From Acutalibacteraceae bacterium (lineage in GTDB: Bacteria; Bacillota; Clostridia; Oscillospirales; Acutalibacteraceae): 64,000 nucleotides of DNA. The position numbers were made by a program, and so were the translations under genes. Below are positions 17,888 through 28,629 of the stretch, in pieces; position 1 is the first letter of the stretch, and every line of letters starts with the position of its first letter. The notes under the pieces were generated by a model, which was given only the letters and a program-made list of their open reading frames with translations, was not told the DNA's origin and did not search any database. Location: assembly GCA_045613085.1 (NCBI GenBank), contig JAZLAG010000003.1, forward strand, positions 48,696 to 112,695, written 5' to 3'.

Positions 17888-20800
17888 TTATTCTACTGAT
17901 TTTAGTGATTCAACCATACTGATTTTCTTTAACTTTTTGTGCATCATGAGATTTACGATAATCGCAAAAATTATAGTACAGAAAGCCGCCAACACAAAGC
18001 TCCACCATTTAAGAGTTGTGCTGAATGTAACAGTATCAATATCAACAACACCTACAACAGCAATATTTAAGAATATACCGACAAATAAGCCTATTACAAT
18101 ACCAAAGAATGTTAAAATAACATTTTCGCGATAAATATAAGCTGAAACTTCGTCGTCATAGAAGCCTAAAACCTTAAGAGTAGCAAGTTCCTTAATTCTT
18201 TCATTTATATTAATGTTATTAAGGTTGTAAAGAACAACAAATGCAAGGGTTATAGCTGCAATAATAAACACAAGTGTAACTAAATTAAGAACATTGATAA
18301 TATTATTGAAGTTATCGATAACAACAGTTGTATAAACTGTACCATTTACATTTTTAACTTCACTTATCTGTGATTCAAGGGTTGCTTTATTCTCTACTGT
18401 CATTCCATCAGTAATTGAACAGAATAAATAGTTGTAATCAGGAACAGTATTGGTCATTCTGTAATATGTTGCAGGAGTAACATACACATAATGGAATGTA
18501 TAGTTATCTGAAATACCTGTAACATTAACCTCGTACTCAACCTTTTTAGAACCCTCTGTCCATGAAAGTTTAACTGTATCACCAATTTCAGTTTTAGTCT
18601 TTTCTGCAAATTTCTTTGTGATAACTGCACCGTCATCGGTAAACGCTACATCTTTATTACCGTCTTTCAAATTAACAAATTCCTTAAGCATTTCAGGTGC
18701 TTGTGGAACCAAAACATCAACTTCCATAACCTTGTCAGTTCTGTCAGAGTAGCCCTCACAAACTTTAAGGAATCCTAACATTGAAGTTTCTATTCCGTCA
18801 AGATTTGTAATACTTTTAACTACATCACTGTTTGGTGTATAGCTTTCATTAGTATCTTTTAGAACAACCTGCAAGTCATACTGTGCAACACCATCATCGC
18901 CATACTGATTTGTAATAACAGTACTAATTGCATTCTGAAGTCCGAATGCAGAAAGCATAAGTGCTGTACAACCTGCAATACCAATAACAGTAACTGCGAA
19001 ACGCTTTTTATTTCTGAAAAGGTTTCTGACTGTAACCTTCGAAGTAAAGTTAAGCCTTGACCAGATAGATGGTATATTTTCAAGGTAAACACGCTTACCA
19101 TCCTTTGGCGGTTTTGGTCTCATAAGAATTGAAGCTGGAGTTTTCAACTCTTTTGAGCAAGAAAGATAAGCCGCAAAAGTTGTTAAGCCAATTGAAATAA
19201 CTGCACCTAAAATAATATAACCTGGAAGAAGCTGAACTGTCAGCTTTGGTATCTCATACATAATTCCCCACGCAGCAAATATAGCGTGTGGAAGACCTGA
19301 AAAGCCTGCAAGAACACCGATTACGGTACCAATTGTACTAGCAGAAAATGCATAAATAAGATATTTACTGATAATAGTCTTATCCTCATAACCCAATGCT
19401 TTCATAGTACCTAATTGTGTTCTTTGCTCTTCAACTAATCTTGTCATAGTTGTAAGACAAACAAGAGTTGAAACTATAAAGAAGAATGTCGGGAAGATAT
19501 ATGCGAGTTTTTGCATATTCTGAGCCGCTTCGCCATAACCAGTATAACCTGGTGAATCACCACGGTCATAAACAGACCACGAAGCACCATTATTTATTGT
19601 TTCAAGTAAAGCTATACCCTTACTATATTCTGTTTTTACTACGCCTAATTTAGCGTTTGCTTCTGCTTCAGCTGCTTCCAATTTCTTTTCTGCACCCTCA
19701 AGAATTTGTTGAATATTCTGAAGCTGCATTGTCTGATATGTAAGCTGGGTCTGAGCGTTATTATACTCTGTCTGAGCCTTTAAAGAACCGAATTGAAGGT
19801 CAAAACCACTTGATTGAATCTGGTCCTTGAATTGTGACAATTGAGTCTCCGCTAATTCTAACTGTGCGTCAGCATTATCAAGCTGGGTTTTCGCTGCCTT
19901 TAATTGCTGATCAGCATCATACCACTCAGCGTATTTTTCATCATAAACCGCTTTACTTTCCTGATAAGTTTCTTCCGCTACAACAAGCTCTGTGTTGTAT
20001 TGCTCAAGTAAAGCTTCTGTTTCTACAACAACATCGGCAGCCATACCCTGAGCTGTAAGGTTAGAAGCTGAGAAAAGAATTTTTGCAAGCTCTGGGTTTG
20101 TTTCTTCGAGACGTTCTGCCATTTTATCTAAGTCAAGGTCTTCCTGAGAAACATTCTGATTATTTTTAATACTGTCAAGAGTTGACTGGGTACTACCAAT
20201 TAACGCTTCTGTTGTTTCAATTTTAAGCTTAGCTGCTAAAAGCTCGCTATTCGCAGTATCAAGCTGGTCTTTAGCTGAGTCAGCTTTCGCCTTATTATTA
20301 TTGTACTCTGTTGTTTTTGCAGTATGCTCTGCACGCCTTTCTGCAACAATAGTAATTTTCGAGTTATATTCGTTAACAGCAGCTAAATACTGACTGCTAC
20401 CTGAATCAAGCTGAGACTGTGCTATTGCATATTTTTCTTCGAGTTCTTTCTGAGCTGCTTTGAGTTTTTCTTCACCAGAAATTTCAAGCTCTTTAAGTTC
20501 TGCAATTTGTTGTCTTGCATCTGCTAGCTGTGCATCAACACCAGCCTCTGCCTGAGAAATCTGATTTTTAGCACTTATGAGCTTTTGTGGAAGTCCTACA
20601 CTTAAAGAAGCTGCTCTATCCTTAACAATTGATTCAGATGCAAGAAGAATTGTATTCTGCATCTCTTCAACATATTCATTATATTCATCTGTGTAAGCAA
20701 TTAAATCATCTGTACCATTAAGTGTGATGTATGCCTCACTATAATAGTCAATTCTTGGTTGGAATACCTCATTAGAAACATAAATGAAGTCACCCAATTT

Positions 20801-21463
20801 ACCACTACCCGCAGTAGTTGCACCGCGCTCGTAAGAAACCCAATAAGGTGAAAGAGCAACACCAACAATTTCAAATTCATTAACTCTTAAATAATAAGAA
20901 ATTTCTTCATTATCACCAACAACCTTAACCTTGTTACCAATTTTAAATTGGTCTGGTGTTGTAAGTGCACTACAGGTAACAATACATTCGTTAGCATTCT
21001 CAGGATATCTACCCTCAACTAATTCGAGTCTGTTTATATAATTCTCATCATCAACGCCACCCTGATGGAAAGAATACACCTGATTCATATCCATGCCAAA
21101 TACGCGAACTGTAAGCTCTGAGCCGTCGATATCAACAATACCTTCAAAGGTTTCGCCATCTTCTGCTGGTGTCTGAACAAAGCCATCAACAAATTTCATA
21201 CCCTGAACAGCTTTAACACCCTCTATAAGACGAACTTTTTCAAGATCTTCCTCATAAAGTCCTATAAAGGATTGCAGTCTCAAATCCATAAGATTATTCT
21301 TTTTGTAGTATGTATCTGCAGACTCTGTCATATCAGTAGATACTGAATTAAGTCCCACAAAAAGACCGCTACCCAACGCAACAATTGCTACGATTGAAAT
21401 AAAACGGCTTATTGTTTTTTTGATGGAACGCATCGTATCGGTTGCATACGCTCTTGTCATCAC
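17888..21463 (-). CDS. FtsX/MacB-type ABC transporter permease with giant extracytoplasmic coiled-coil insert
   Basis: 1191 aa. Two FtsX-like 4-TM modules; residues ~285-625 are heptad-like and Ala/Gln/Glu/Lys-rich. Confidence 0.88.
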   Translation of the reverse strand: MMTRAYATDTMRSIKKTISRFISIVAIVALGSGLFVGLNSVSTDMTESADTYYKKNNLMDLRLQSFIGLYEEDLEKVRLIEGVKAVQGMKFVDGFVQTPAEDGETFEGIVDIDGSELTVRVFGMDMNQVYSFHQGGVDDENYINRLELVEGRYPENANECIVTCSALTTPDQFKIGNKVKVVGDNEEISYYLRVNEFEIVGVALSPYWVSYERGATTAGSGKLGDFIYVSNEVFQPRIDYYSEAYITLNGTDDLIAYTDEYNEYVEEMQNTILLASESIVKDRAASLSVGLPQKLISAKNQISQAEAGVDAQLADARQQIAELKELEISGEEKLKAAQKELEEKYAIAQSQLDSGSSQYLAAVNEYNSKITIVAERRAEHTAKTTEYNNNKAKADSAKDQLDTANSELLAAKLKIETTEALIGSTQSTLDSIKNNQNVSQEDLDLDKMAERLEETNPELAKILFSASNLTAQGMAADVVVETEALLEQYNTELVVAEETYQESKAVYDEKYAEWYDADQQLKAAKTQLDNADAQLELAETQLSQFKDQIQSSGFDLQFGSLKAQTEYNNAQTQLTYQTMQLQNIQQILEGAEKKLEAAEAEANAKLGVVKTEYSKGIALLETINNGASWSVYDRGDSPGYTGYGEAAQNMQKLAYIFPTFFFIVSTLVCLTTMTRLVEEQRTQLGTMKALGYEDKTIISKYLIYAFSASTIGTVIGVLAGFSGLPHAIFAAWGIMYEIPKLTVQLLPGYIILGAVISIGLTTFAAYLSCSKELKTPASILMRPKPPKDGKRVYLENIPSIWSRLNFTSKVTVRNLFRNKKRFAVTVIGIAGCTALMLSAFGLQNAISTVITNQYGDDGVAQYDLQVVLKDTNESYTPNSDVVKSITNLDGIETSMLGFLKVCEGYSDRTDKVMEVDVLVPQAPEMLKEFVNLKDGNKDVAFTDDGAVITKKFAEKTKTEIGDTVKLSWTEGSKKVEYEVNVTGISDNYTFHYVYVTPATYYRMTNTVPDYNYLFCSITDGMTVENKATLESQISEVKNVNGTVYTTVVIDNFNNIINVLNLVTLVFIIAAITLAFVVLYNLNNININERIKELATLKVLGFYDDEVSAYIYRENVILTFFGIVIGLFVGIFLNIAVVGVVDIDTVTFSTTLKWWSFVLAAFCTIIFAIIVNLMMHKKLKKISMVESLKSVE

Positions 21464-21497
21464 ACAAAAATCCTTTCTAAAAACAATAAAACTAAAA

Positions 21498-22199
21498 TTA
21501 CCAATCTATTTCTTCAACAGAAACAGGATTTTCGTTCACTTCATTTTTAACGACACGACCACTTTTAACAGTAATAATTCTGTCAGCCATTGGTGCCAAT
21601 GCCGCATTGTGAGTAATAACAACAATTGTCATACCAGACTCACGACTTGTATCCTGTAAAAGCTTTAAAATCTGCTTACCTGTGTTGTAATCGAGAGCAC
21701 CTGTAGGCTCGTCACAAAGCAAAATCTTAGGGTTTTTAGCAAGTGCTCTGGCAATAGAAACACGCTGTTGTTCACCACCAGAAAGCTGTGCAGGGAAGTT
21801 GTCAAGTCTTTCACCCAAGCCAACTCTCTCAAGAACCTTAACAGGATTAAGTGCTTTATCACCTATCTGTGTTGCAAGCTCAACATTTTCAAGTGCAGTA
21901 AGGTTTGGTACAAGATTATAAAACTGGAACACAAAGCCTACATCAAAGCGTCTGTATTCAATAAGACTTTTATTATCATATTCATTTATAAGGTCACCGC
22001 CGACACGAACTTTACCATCATCACAATCGTCCATGCCGCCTAAAATATTAAGAATAGTAGTTTTACCAGCACCAGAAGCACCTAAAATAATGCAAAACTC
22101 CCCTTGCTCAATATTAAATGTAACACCGTCTGCAGCGTTTATTGTAACCTCACCCATTTTATAGGTTTTGTAAACAGAATCGAATTCTATAAAACTCAT
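21498..22199 (-). CDS. ABC transporter ATP-binding protein (MacB/LolD type)
   Basis: Walker [10 protein letters not shown], signature [14 protein letters not shown], Walker B ILLCDEPT. Confidence 0.95.
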   Translation of the reverse strand: MSFIEFDSVYKTYKMGEVTINAADGVTFNIEQGEFCIILGASGAGKTTILNILGGMDDCDDGKVRVGGDLINEYDNKSLIEYRRFDVGFVFQFYNLVPNLTALENVELATQIGDKALNPVKVLERVGLGERLDNFPAQLSGGEQQRVSIARALAKNPKILLCDEPTGALDYNTGKQILKLLQDTSRESGMTIVVITHNAALAPMADRIITVKSGRVVKNEVNENPVSVEEIDW

Positions 22200-22343
22200 T
22201 TAATTCAGCCTTTCAAAATCTTTTATAAACTATCGCTTAAAAGCTTTAAGCAAAATCATCCTACATTCTACAATAAATAACAATTTTAGTCAATGAAAAT
22301 AAGGAATAAAAAATAAATTTACAATTCGTAAATATTTACTGTT

Positions 22344-23732
22344 TTACGAAACTATTTTTACAGCTTCTTTCATAACTCTGCTTGCTACCGGTAACGCGGT
22401 ACTTACTCCCCAACCGCCATTTTCTACAACAACCACTACGGCAAGCGGAGTCGTTTTATCTTCGCAAAAGCCTAAAAACCACGAATGAGGCTTTTCGTCT
22501 TCTGATACCTCTGCCGTACCTGTCTTACCACACATATTAATACCCGAAAAATTCCAGTCACCATAGTTATCTTTTACTGTGCTTCTCATATATTTTTTGA
22601 GAGTTTTTGCAGTTTCTTCTGTGGTGTAAATACATTCATCTGCAGTAGTTTCACTTATTATTCTACCCGATGGTGATGCAATAGTTTTTACTACAAATGG
22701 TAATTTTGCAGTGCCATTATTTGCAATCGCACCTGCAACAGTCAGCATATGATAAGGATTAACAAGTGTTGTGTATTGACCTACTGTTGCCCACGCTAAA
22801 TCTGAGCTACTTGCATCTGTAAGATTTAAAACGCTTTCTTCTGTTACACCATTACCAAAATTGAAGTTTTTTGAAAAACCGAATTGCTTTGCGGTATTCT
22901 GTAGCTTTGTACCATCAAGCTTTTTTGAAAGTTCTGCAAATGCACAGTTGCAGGAATTTACAAGTGCTTTTTCTAAATCAACATCACCATGTTTCTTTGG
23001 ACAAGTAACGCTTACGCCATTAATAAACATTTCGCCATCACATTCATACTCCCAAGAATCAATCTCAGGAATATTTTCTAAAATGCATGCCGTAGTAATA
23101 ATTTTAAATATTGAACCAGGTGTATAAACTCCGTCAATGAGTCTGTTTAAATAAAGACCTTCATATCTGCCGTTTTCATTTTTCTCTATTTCTTCCACAG
23201 AGGGTTTATTACGGATATCAAAATTAGGACTTGAAACCGAGCAAAGCATTTCGCCCGTTTCATAATTATAAACTGCAACTACACCTTTTCTGCTACCTAA
23301 AGCATCTAATGCAGTCGCAGAAAGTGATGCGTCTATTGTTAAAGTAACATCATTACCGCGTTCATATTTTTTCAAAGAGTAAATTCCTGTCACAAGATTG
23401 TAGCCTATAAGTTCTCTTTTATATGCAGTCTGAACGCCAGACGCTATATACCCCTCACTATCACCTACAATATGAAGCGTTGAGCGTCTTACTCTTTCTG
23501 AATTATTATAAACTCTTTTACCGTCTTTTGTTTCTGCAAGAACCTCGCCATTTCTGTCAACAATATTACCCGCACCTATAAAGCTACCACCATTCACAAG
23601 GTGAGAGTTGACCCTTAGCGTAGCCCATTTTTCTGCATTTACGCCAAGATTTATTGCAAGATAAACAAGGCCACAAACAAAAAATGCAACAAGCAAAACT
23701 ACAACAAAGGCTCTTCTAGTCGTCGATTTCAT
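22344..23732 (-). CDS. Class B penicillin-binding protein (transpeptidase)
   Basis: SxxK (SIFK), SxN (SCN) and KTG (GKTGTA) motifs, with an N-terminal TM anchor. Confidence 0.9.
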   Translation of the reverse strand: MKSTTRRAFVVVLLVAFFVCGLVYLAINLGVNAEKWATLRVNSHLVNGGSFIGAGNIVDRNGEVLAETKDGKRVYNNSERVRRSTLHIVGDSEGYIASGVQTAYKRELIGYNLVTGIYSLKKYERGNDVTLTIDASLSATALDALGSRKGVVAVYNYETGEMLCSVSSPNFDIRNKPSVEEIEKNENGRYEGLYLNRLIDGVYTPGSIFKIITTACILENIPEIDSWEYECDGEMFINGVSVTCPKKHGDVDLEKALVNSCNCAFAELSKKLDGTKLQNTAKQFGFSKNFNFGNGVTEESVLNLTDASSSDLAWATVGQYTTLVNPYHMLTVAGAIANNGTAKLPFVVKTIASPSGRIISETTADECIYTTEETAKTLKKYMRSTVKDNYGDWNFSGINMCGKTGTAEVSEDEKPHSWFLGFCEDKTTPLAVVVVVENGGWGVSTALPVASRVMKEAVKIVS

Positions 23733-25419
23733 CTGTCACCCTCCTTTTCTGCTTTGGCACTGGTCTTTCCAAATCAGGCTTAAAATTAGAGAATGTTCTG
23801 ACATCAACTGATTTTATAAACGCCAAAAGACAGAAACAACAAATAATGCTTGAACCGCCTTTGCTGATAAATGGCAATGTAACTCCTGTGAGTGGCAATA
23901 AATCTGTCACCCCAAAGATATTGAGCATCGTCTGAAACAAAATCATAGAAACTGTTGCAACTCCACTTATAGCATAAAATGTAGATTTTGCTTTCTGAGC
24001 ATTTATAATAGTTGCGACAGTAATTAATGCATAAGTCACGGGAATTAAAAATCCCATAATTATGCCAAATTCTTCACAGACTACACCGAAAACCAAATCC
24101 TCTGCGGCAGCAAATATATTTCTTAATTTACCATTTCCAAGCCCTAGACCAAAAAGTCCGCCACTTGCAGAATAAATAAGAGTTCTTGTTTGCTGATAGC
24201 CTGTTGTATCCATATTTTCCCATATGTGTAAATACCCAGAGAATCTCGAAGCAACATAAGGCTTAAAAAGTATTATAAGCACTGCACCCAGAGCCGCACC
24301 TATACATATAAGCATAAGTGTTCTGACATCGCCTGAACGCATGAAAGCTATAACTATAAATGTAAAGAAAAATATCAATGCCGCGCCAAAATCGTACATT
24401 AAGAAAAGCTCAACAACACATACTGCAGCAAATATCATATAAAGCGTAAGGTGTCTTACAGATTGTAAGCGTTCAAGCGTTACCGCACCTACAAAAATAA
24501 ACGCAACCTTTACAAGCTCTGATGGTTGAAGAGATACACCACCTATATTAACCCAACTCAACGCACCATTAGTTGGCTCTGCAATTACTAATGTAAGTGC
24601 CAAAAGGCCTATTGCACCAATACCAACAATATATCTGAACACCTTAATAGCATCAATAAACCTTAAAACTGTCAATAAAGCACAGAATCCCAGAACGCCT
24701 ATAATTATTGCAAAAAATTGCTTTAAAGCACCACTTGGGTAAATACTTGCAACAATACCTAAACCAATTGACGAAAACAAAAATGCTATTGCTTCTAATT
24801 CAAAGGTTGTAATTCTCATAACTATTAAAGCAAAGAAATAATAACCCCATGTGAGTATAATCATTCCAAGAAAAGCACTTGCAACAAAAAAGTCAAATTT
24901 GCCATCTGGAAACGATGTTAAAACCATTTCCAACAAATTAAAAATCGAAATAAAAATAAGAATAAAAAGATAGTTCGGTCTTGCAATTTTAAGACTCTTA
25001 TCTTTGATATATTTAAACTTATTTACTGAAAGCGTATATTCTAGACCGCCGAAGCCCACTCTGTCACCATCATAAATACTTGCTTTTCTTTTAATTTTTT
25101 CTCCATTTACTGTAACACCCGCTTTAGAATTTGTATCAAAAATCACAAACCCCTTGTTTCTGAAAGCAATAACAGCGTGCAGTCGTGAAATTGTATCAAA
25201 ACCTAAAACAATATCACAGGCTTTGTTTCTTCCAATTGACAATTCGTTATCCCTAAGAGTAATAACCTCACCTGTTATATCGTTTATAAGTCTACCGCGA
25301 ATTGGATTTGTAGCCTTTTTAAAGAACATAGAAATAACTACTCTTACAACAACATAAAGCGCAATAAGGAGAAGCGCATATCTTGACACTGTAGTTAATG
25401 CATCAAAAAAGATACCCAT
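23716..25419 (-). CDS. FHA domain fused to a SEDS (FtsW/RodA) peptidoglycan polymerase
   Basis: TM segment plus FHA (LSIGRNKACDIVLGFDTISRLHAVI...GVTVNG), then about 10 TM with the SEDS C-terminus LPLTGVTLPFISKGGSS. I prefer the start at 25419 because of the aaggatg RBS. Confidence 0.85.
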   Translation of the reverse strand: MGIFFDALTTVSRYALLLIALYVVVRVVISMFFKKATNPIRGRLINDITGEVITLRDNELSIGRNKACDIVLGFDTISRLHAVIAFRNKGFVIFDTNSKAGVTVNGEKIKRKASIYDGDRVGFGGLEYTLSVNKFKYIKDKSLKIARPNYLFILIFISIFNLLEMVLTSFPDGKFDFFVASAFLGMIILTWGYYFFALIVMRITTFELEAIAFLFSSIGLGIVASIYPSGALKQFFAIIIGVLGFCALLTVLRFIDAIKVFRYIVGIGAIGLLALTLVIAEPTNGALSWVNIGGVSLQPSELVKVAFIFVGAVTLERLQSVRHLTLYMIFAAVCVVELFLMYDFGAALIFFFTFIVIAFMRSGDVRTLMLICIGAALGAVLIILFKPYVASRFSGYLHIWENMDTTGYQQTRTLIYSASGGLFGLGLGNGKLRNIFAAAEDLVFGVVCEEFGIIMGFLIPVTYALITVATIINAQKAKSTFYAISGVATVSMILFQTMLNIFGVTDLLPLTGVTLPFISKGGSSIICCFCLLAFIKSVDVRTFSNFKPDLERPVPKQKRRVTDEIDD

Positions 25420-25544
25420 ATTTCCACATCCTTTCATAAATTATCATATTATTATACAATAAAAATTTAAAATAATCAATCTTTCTTGACAACGTATTGT
25501 AAGGTATTGTAAAATTAGAATATATTATTTTTTTGGAGGCAGTT

Positions 25545-26594
25545 ATGGCAGTTACAAAATCATTATATGGCGAATTAAATGGCGTAAAGGTAAATTCATT
25601 TACAATAATAAACGAAAATGGTTTGAAAGCCGAAATAATCGAAAAAGGTGCTACATTAGAGAAGCTTTTTGTAAAAGATAAGAACGGCTCTCTTCTTGAT
25701 GTTTTATCTGGTCACGACACATTAGAAGGTCACGTAGAAAGAAGCGACTATCAGGGCGTTGTTGTAGGTCAATACGCTAACAGAATAAAAGGCGGTAAAT
25801 TCTCAATAGACGGCGTAGAATACAACCTCACAAAGAATGATAACGGAATTATCTGTCTTCACGGTGGTGGTGAATATTCTTCGGCTATCTGGAGTGGTGA
25901 AGCTACATCTGACAAGGCTGTAACCTTTACATTCTTTAGTAAGGATGGTACTGATGGCTTCCCAGGTAACGTTGATGCAAGTGTTACATATGAACTCACT
26001 GACAATGATGAATTAATACTTACTTACAACGCAGTATCAGATAAAAAGACTGTAATTAATCTTACGAACCACGCTTACTTTAACCTTAACGGCTTTGATT
26101 CAGGTGACATTTTAAATCACGAATTAAAAATCAATGCAGATTATTTCACACCAATTGATGAAACAAGTATTCCTACTGCTATGTCACAGGCTGTAGAGAA
26201 CACACCATTTGATTTCAGAGAATTCAAAAAAATCGGAAAAGAAATTGACAACACCGACTGTGTTCAGATTAAAAATGGTAATGGCTACGACCACAACTTT
26301 ATTATTAACGACTTCGATGGTACGTTAAAAACCTGTGCTATTGCAAAGGGTGATAAATCAGGTATTACAATGGAAGTTAAAACAACTCTCCCAGGGGTTC
26401 AGTTCTACACAGGAAACTTCCTTGATGGTACTGTTATTGGTAAAGCACAAAAGCCTCTTACAAAAAGATGTTCATTCTGCTTAGAAACCCAGGTATTCCC
26501 TGACTCACCAAACCATCAGGACTGGTGTAAGTGTGTATATGATGCAGGCGAAGAATACTCTTCAAAAACTGTTTTTGCTTTTTCTGCCAAATAA
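25545..26594 (+). CDS. galM: Aldose 1-epimerase (galactose mutarotase)
   Basis: ggagg RBS. Contains VVGQYANRI, NLTNHAYFNL and the GFCLETQ-like FCLETQVFPDSPN motif. Confidence 0.88.
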   Translation: MAVTKSLYGELNGVKVNSFTIINENGLKAEIIEKGATLEKLFVKDKNGSLLDVLSGHDTLEGHVERSDYQGVVVGQYANRIKGGKFSIDGVEYNLTKNDNGIICLHGGGEYSSAIWSGEATSDKAVTFTFFSKDGTDGFPGNVDASVTYELTDNDELILTYNAVSDKKTVINLTNHAYFNLNGFDSGDILNHELKINADYFTPIDETSIPTAMSQAVENTPFDFREFKKIGKEIDNTDCVQIKNGNGYDHNFIINDFDGTLKTCAIAKGDKSGITMEVKTTLPGVQFYTGNFLDGTVIGKAQKPLTKRCSFCLETQVFPDSPNHQDWCKCVYDAGEEYSSKTVFAFSAK

Positions 26595-26689
26595 TAATTT
26601 TTTGTTAATAAATCCTCCATTCATTGACTGTATTGCTTTTATTTGGTATAATTATGTCTCAAAAACAACCATTTCTGGAAATGAGGATA

Positions 26690-28495
26690 ATGATGAAATT
26701 AACACACCGCTTAATTGCGGCAATTTTAGCTGTTGCAAGTTGTTTATCACTAATGACTGTTGTTGCTTCAGCTAAAAAATTCGCTAAAAAAATCAACACC
26801 AATATTGGGGTTAAAACTCAATATGAATATGAAGCAAACAAGCCCTCATGGCTTCGTCAACTTGTAATTAAAGAAAATATGCTCTCAGTTGATGGTATTG
26901 TAACAGAGAAAGCTATGCACCCTGTTACCTCTTACCCTTATATTACTGATGCACCTTCCTTCAAAGAAGAAGTAAGCGAGTATGTAGAAATCTACACTTT
27001 AGACGAAGAATCACAAAAAGCTGCTTACATTTATGTTTTCCAGCAATTAGGTGCACTCTCTATAATAGCTGACCCTGACGCTACCGACCAGTCAAAAGTT
27101 GAGTGGTTAAGAGAGCAAGGCATCATTATTACAGAAGAGGAAGAAAAAGACCCTGAGTCCATCCTTATGATAAGTGCACTTTACGCTTTATGGAAAAATG
27201 ACTTTTTCTATGTATTAGAGGGTGAACGTTTAACAATACCAGCTGGAACAACGCTCGAAGCAGCTCTTATGATGTATATGGTAGGCTTCGGCAGAGACGA
27301 CCGCTCTCTTATAGCATTCTTAGATAAATATTTCAACATAACTCAAATTGTAAATTTTGAGGATTATGTTTACTATACTTGTCTTTTTGCACTTTATACT
27401 AACGGCTATGTAACATCTCGTGAAATTACTACAATTGAACGTAACGAGGTATTCAGAAGACTTGCTATAATGTCAATTTCTAATGCGGGTATTTCAGTCG
27501 ATGTCAAAACCGCCACTGATGAAGAAGTACAAATTAAATATATGGCGGCTATGCTTGGTACTCAGTATAATGTTACATTAGACCCAGACTCAACCTTTAA
27601 AGCTAACAGACAAAACACAGTTCACCATTACATAATTCAGAGAATGGCTTATGAGGACAAGGGGTTAGCACTCTCCTCCTCCAAATATACATACGAAGAA
27701 GCGTTTGACATCGTATTAAAGAAAACAAATCGCTTTGACCTTGAAAAAACTTTTTACTCAGATATTTATGAGTACAATGTTTATCTCGATTACTTCAGAG
27801 AATCGATTTATATAAACCCTACACCGATTGATAACGGCTTACTTACCGTAAAAATCAATGATGAAAAAGTTGACCTTTCACAATACACAAATATTCCGTT
27901 AACCAATGAACCAACACAAATGCTTATGGTTAATGTAAAATACAACGGTGAATCAGCTGAAACTACCACGTATCGACTCAATATTTATCAAGGAATGGAA
28001 GTAGCCGAGGACAAAAATGTTACTGGTGTAATTTCAAATATCGGCACAGAAATTGCTCCTAACCTTAAAAATCCTGTTACTCCTAGCTACGACTATCTTG
28101 ACCCAACACTCAATGTAAACAATGTTGTTCCTAACCCTACACCTCAGATTTTACATATCAATGACCAAGGACAGTTGGTGGACAGTCAGGGTAATGTTAT
28201 CAGCGACTCTGTAAAAGAAAGTCTTCCTCAAGGGTACGGCTATATTTTAGATGCAAATGGTGTTGTTACTATAGGTAAGCTTGATGAGGTTACAACTACT
28301 CTTGACTCTACAGATTCTCCCGCACTCGATAAGGAACAAATTAAATCTATAGTTATCTATTTTTCTGCATTTCTTGTACTTGCTGCCACAATTGGCGGAT
28401 ATATCTACTACAGAATGACTGTTAAGAGAAGAAGAACAAAATCTGTAAAAAAAGAAGATACAAAACAAAAAAAGAAAGATAAGAAGAAAAAATAA
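26690..28495 (+). CDS. Hypothetical secreted protein with C-terminal TM anchor and Lys-rich tail
   Basis: Signal peptide MMKLTHRLIAAILAVASCLSLMTVVASA after a gagg RBS. C-terminal TM segment IVIYFSAFLVLAATIGGYIYY, then KRRRTKSVKKEDTKQKKKDKKKK. No recognisable catalytic motif. Confidence 0.6.
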   Translation: MMKLTHRLIAAILAVASCLSLMTVVASAKKFAKKINTNIGVKTQYEYEANKPSWLRQLVIKENMLSVDGIVTEKAMHPVTSYPYITDAPSFKEEVSEYVEIYTLDEESQKAAYIYVFQQLGALSIIADPDATDQSKVEWLREQGIIITEEEEKDPESILMISALYALWKNDFFYVLEGERLTIPAGTTLEAALMMYMVGFGRDDRSLIAFLDKYFNITQIVNFEDYVYYTCLFALYTNGYVTSREITTIERNEVFRRLAIMSISNAGISVDVKTATDEEVQIKYMAAMLGTQYNVTLDPDSTFKANRQNTVHHYIIQRMAYEDKGLALSSSKYTYEEAFDIVLKKTNRFDLEKTFYSDIYEYNVYLDYFRESIYINPTPIDNGLLTVKINDEKVDLSQYTNIPLTNEPTQMLMVNVKYNGESAETTTYRLNIYQGMEVAEDKNVTGVISNIGTEIAPNLKNPVTPSYDYLDPTLNVNNVVPNPTPQILHINDQGQLVDSQGNVISDSVKESLPQGYGYILDANGVVTIGKLDEVTTTLDSTDSPALDKEQIKSIVIYFSAFLVLAATIGGYIYYRMTVKRRRTKSVKKEDTKQKKKDKKKK

Positions 28496-28579
28496 TTTAA
28501 CGATTATTTACCAATACTAGAATTATATATTTTTTAAAATTCCGTTCATAATTTTTTCCAAAATTTAGTCTATAATAAC

Positions 28580-28616
28580 GGCTAACAACTAATAGCTAAC
28601 AGCTAATAACTAAACA
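28580..28616 (+). repeat. G-poor CTAAC/AGCTAA word tract upstream of the response-regulator RBS
   Basis: ggctaacaactaatagctaacagctaataactaaaca. Same word style as the tails at 9196-9233 and 33224-33282. Confidence 0.4.
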
Positions 28617-28629
28617 AAGGGGTGTTTTT

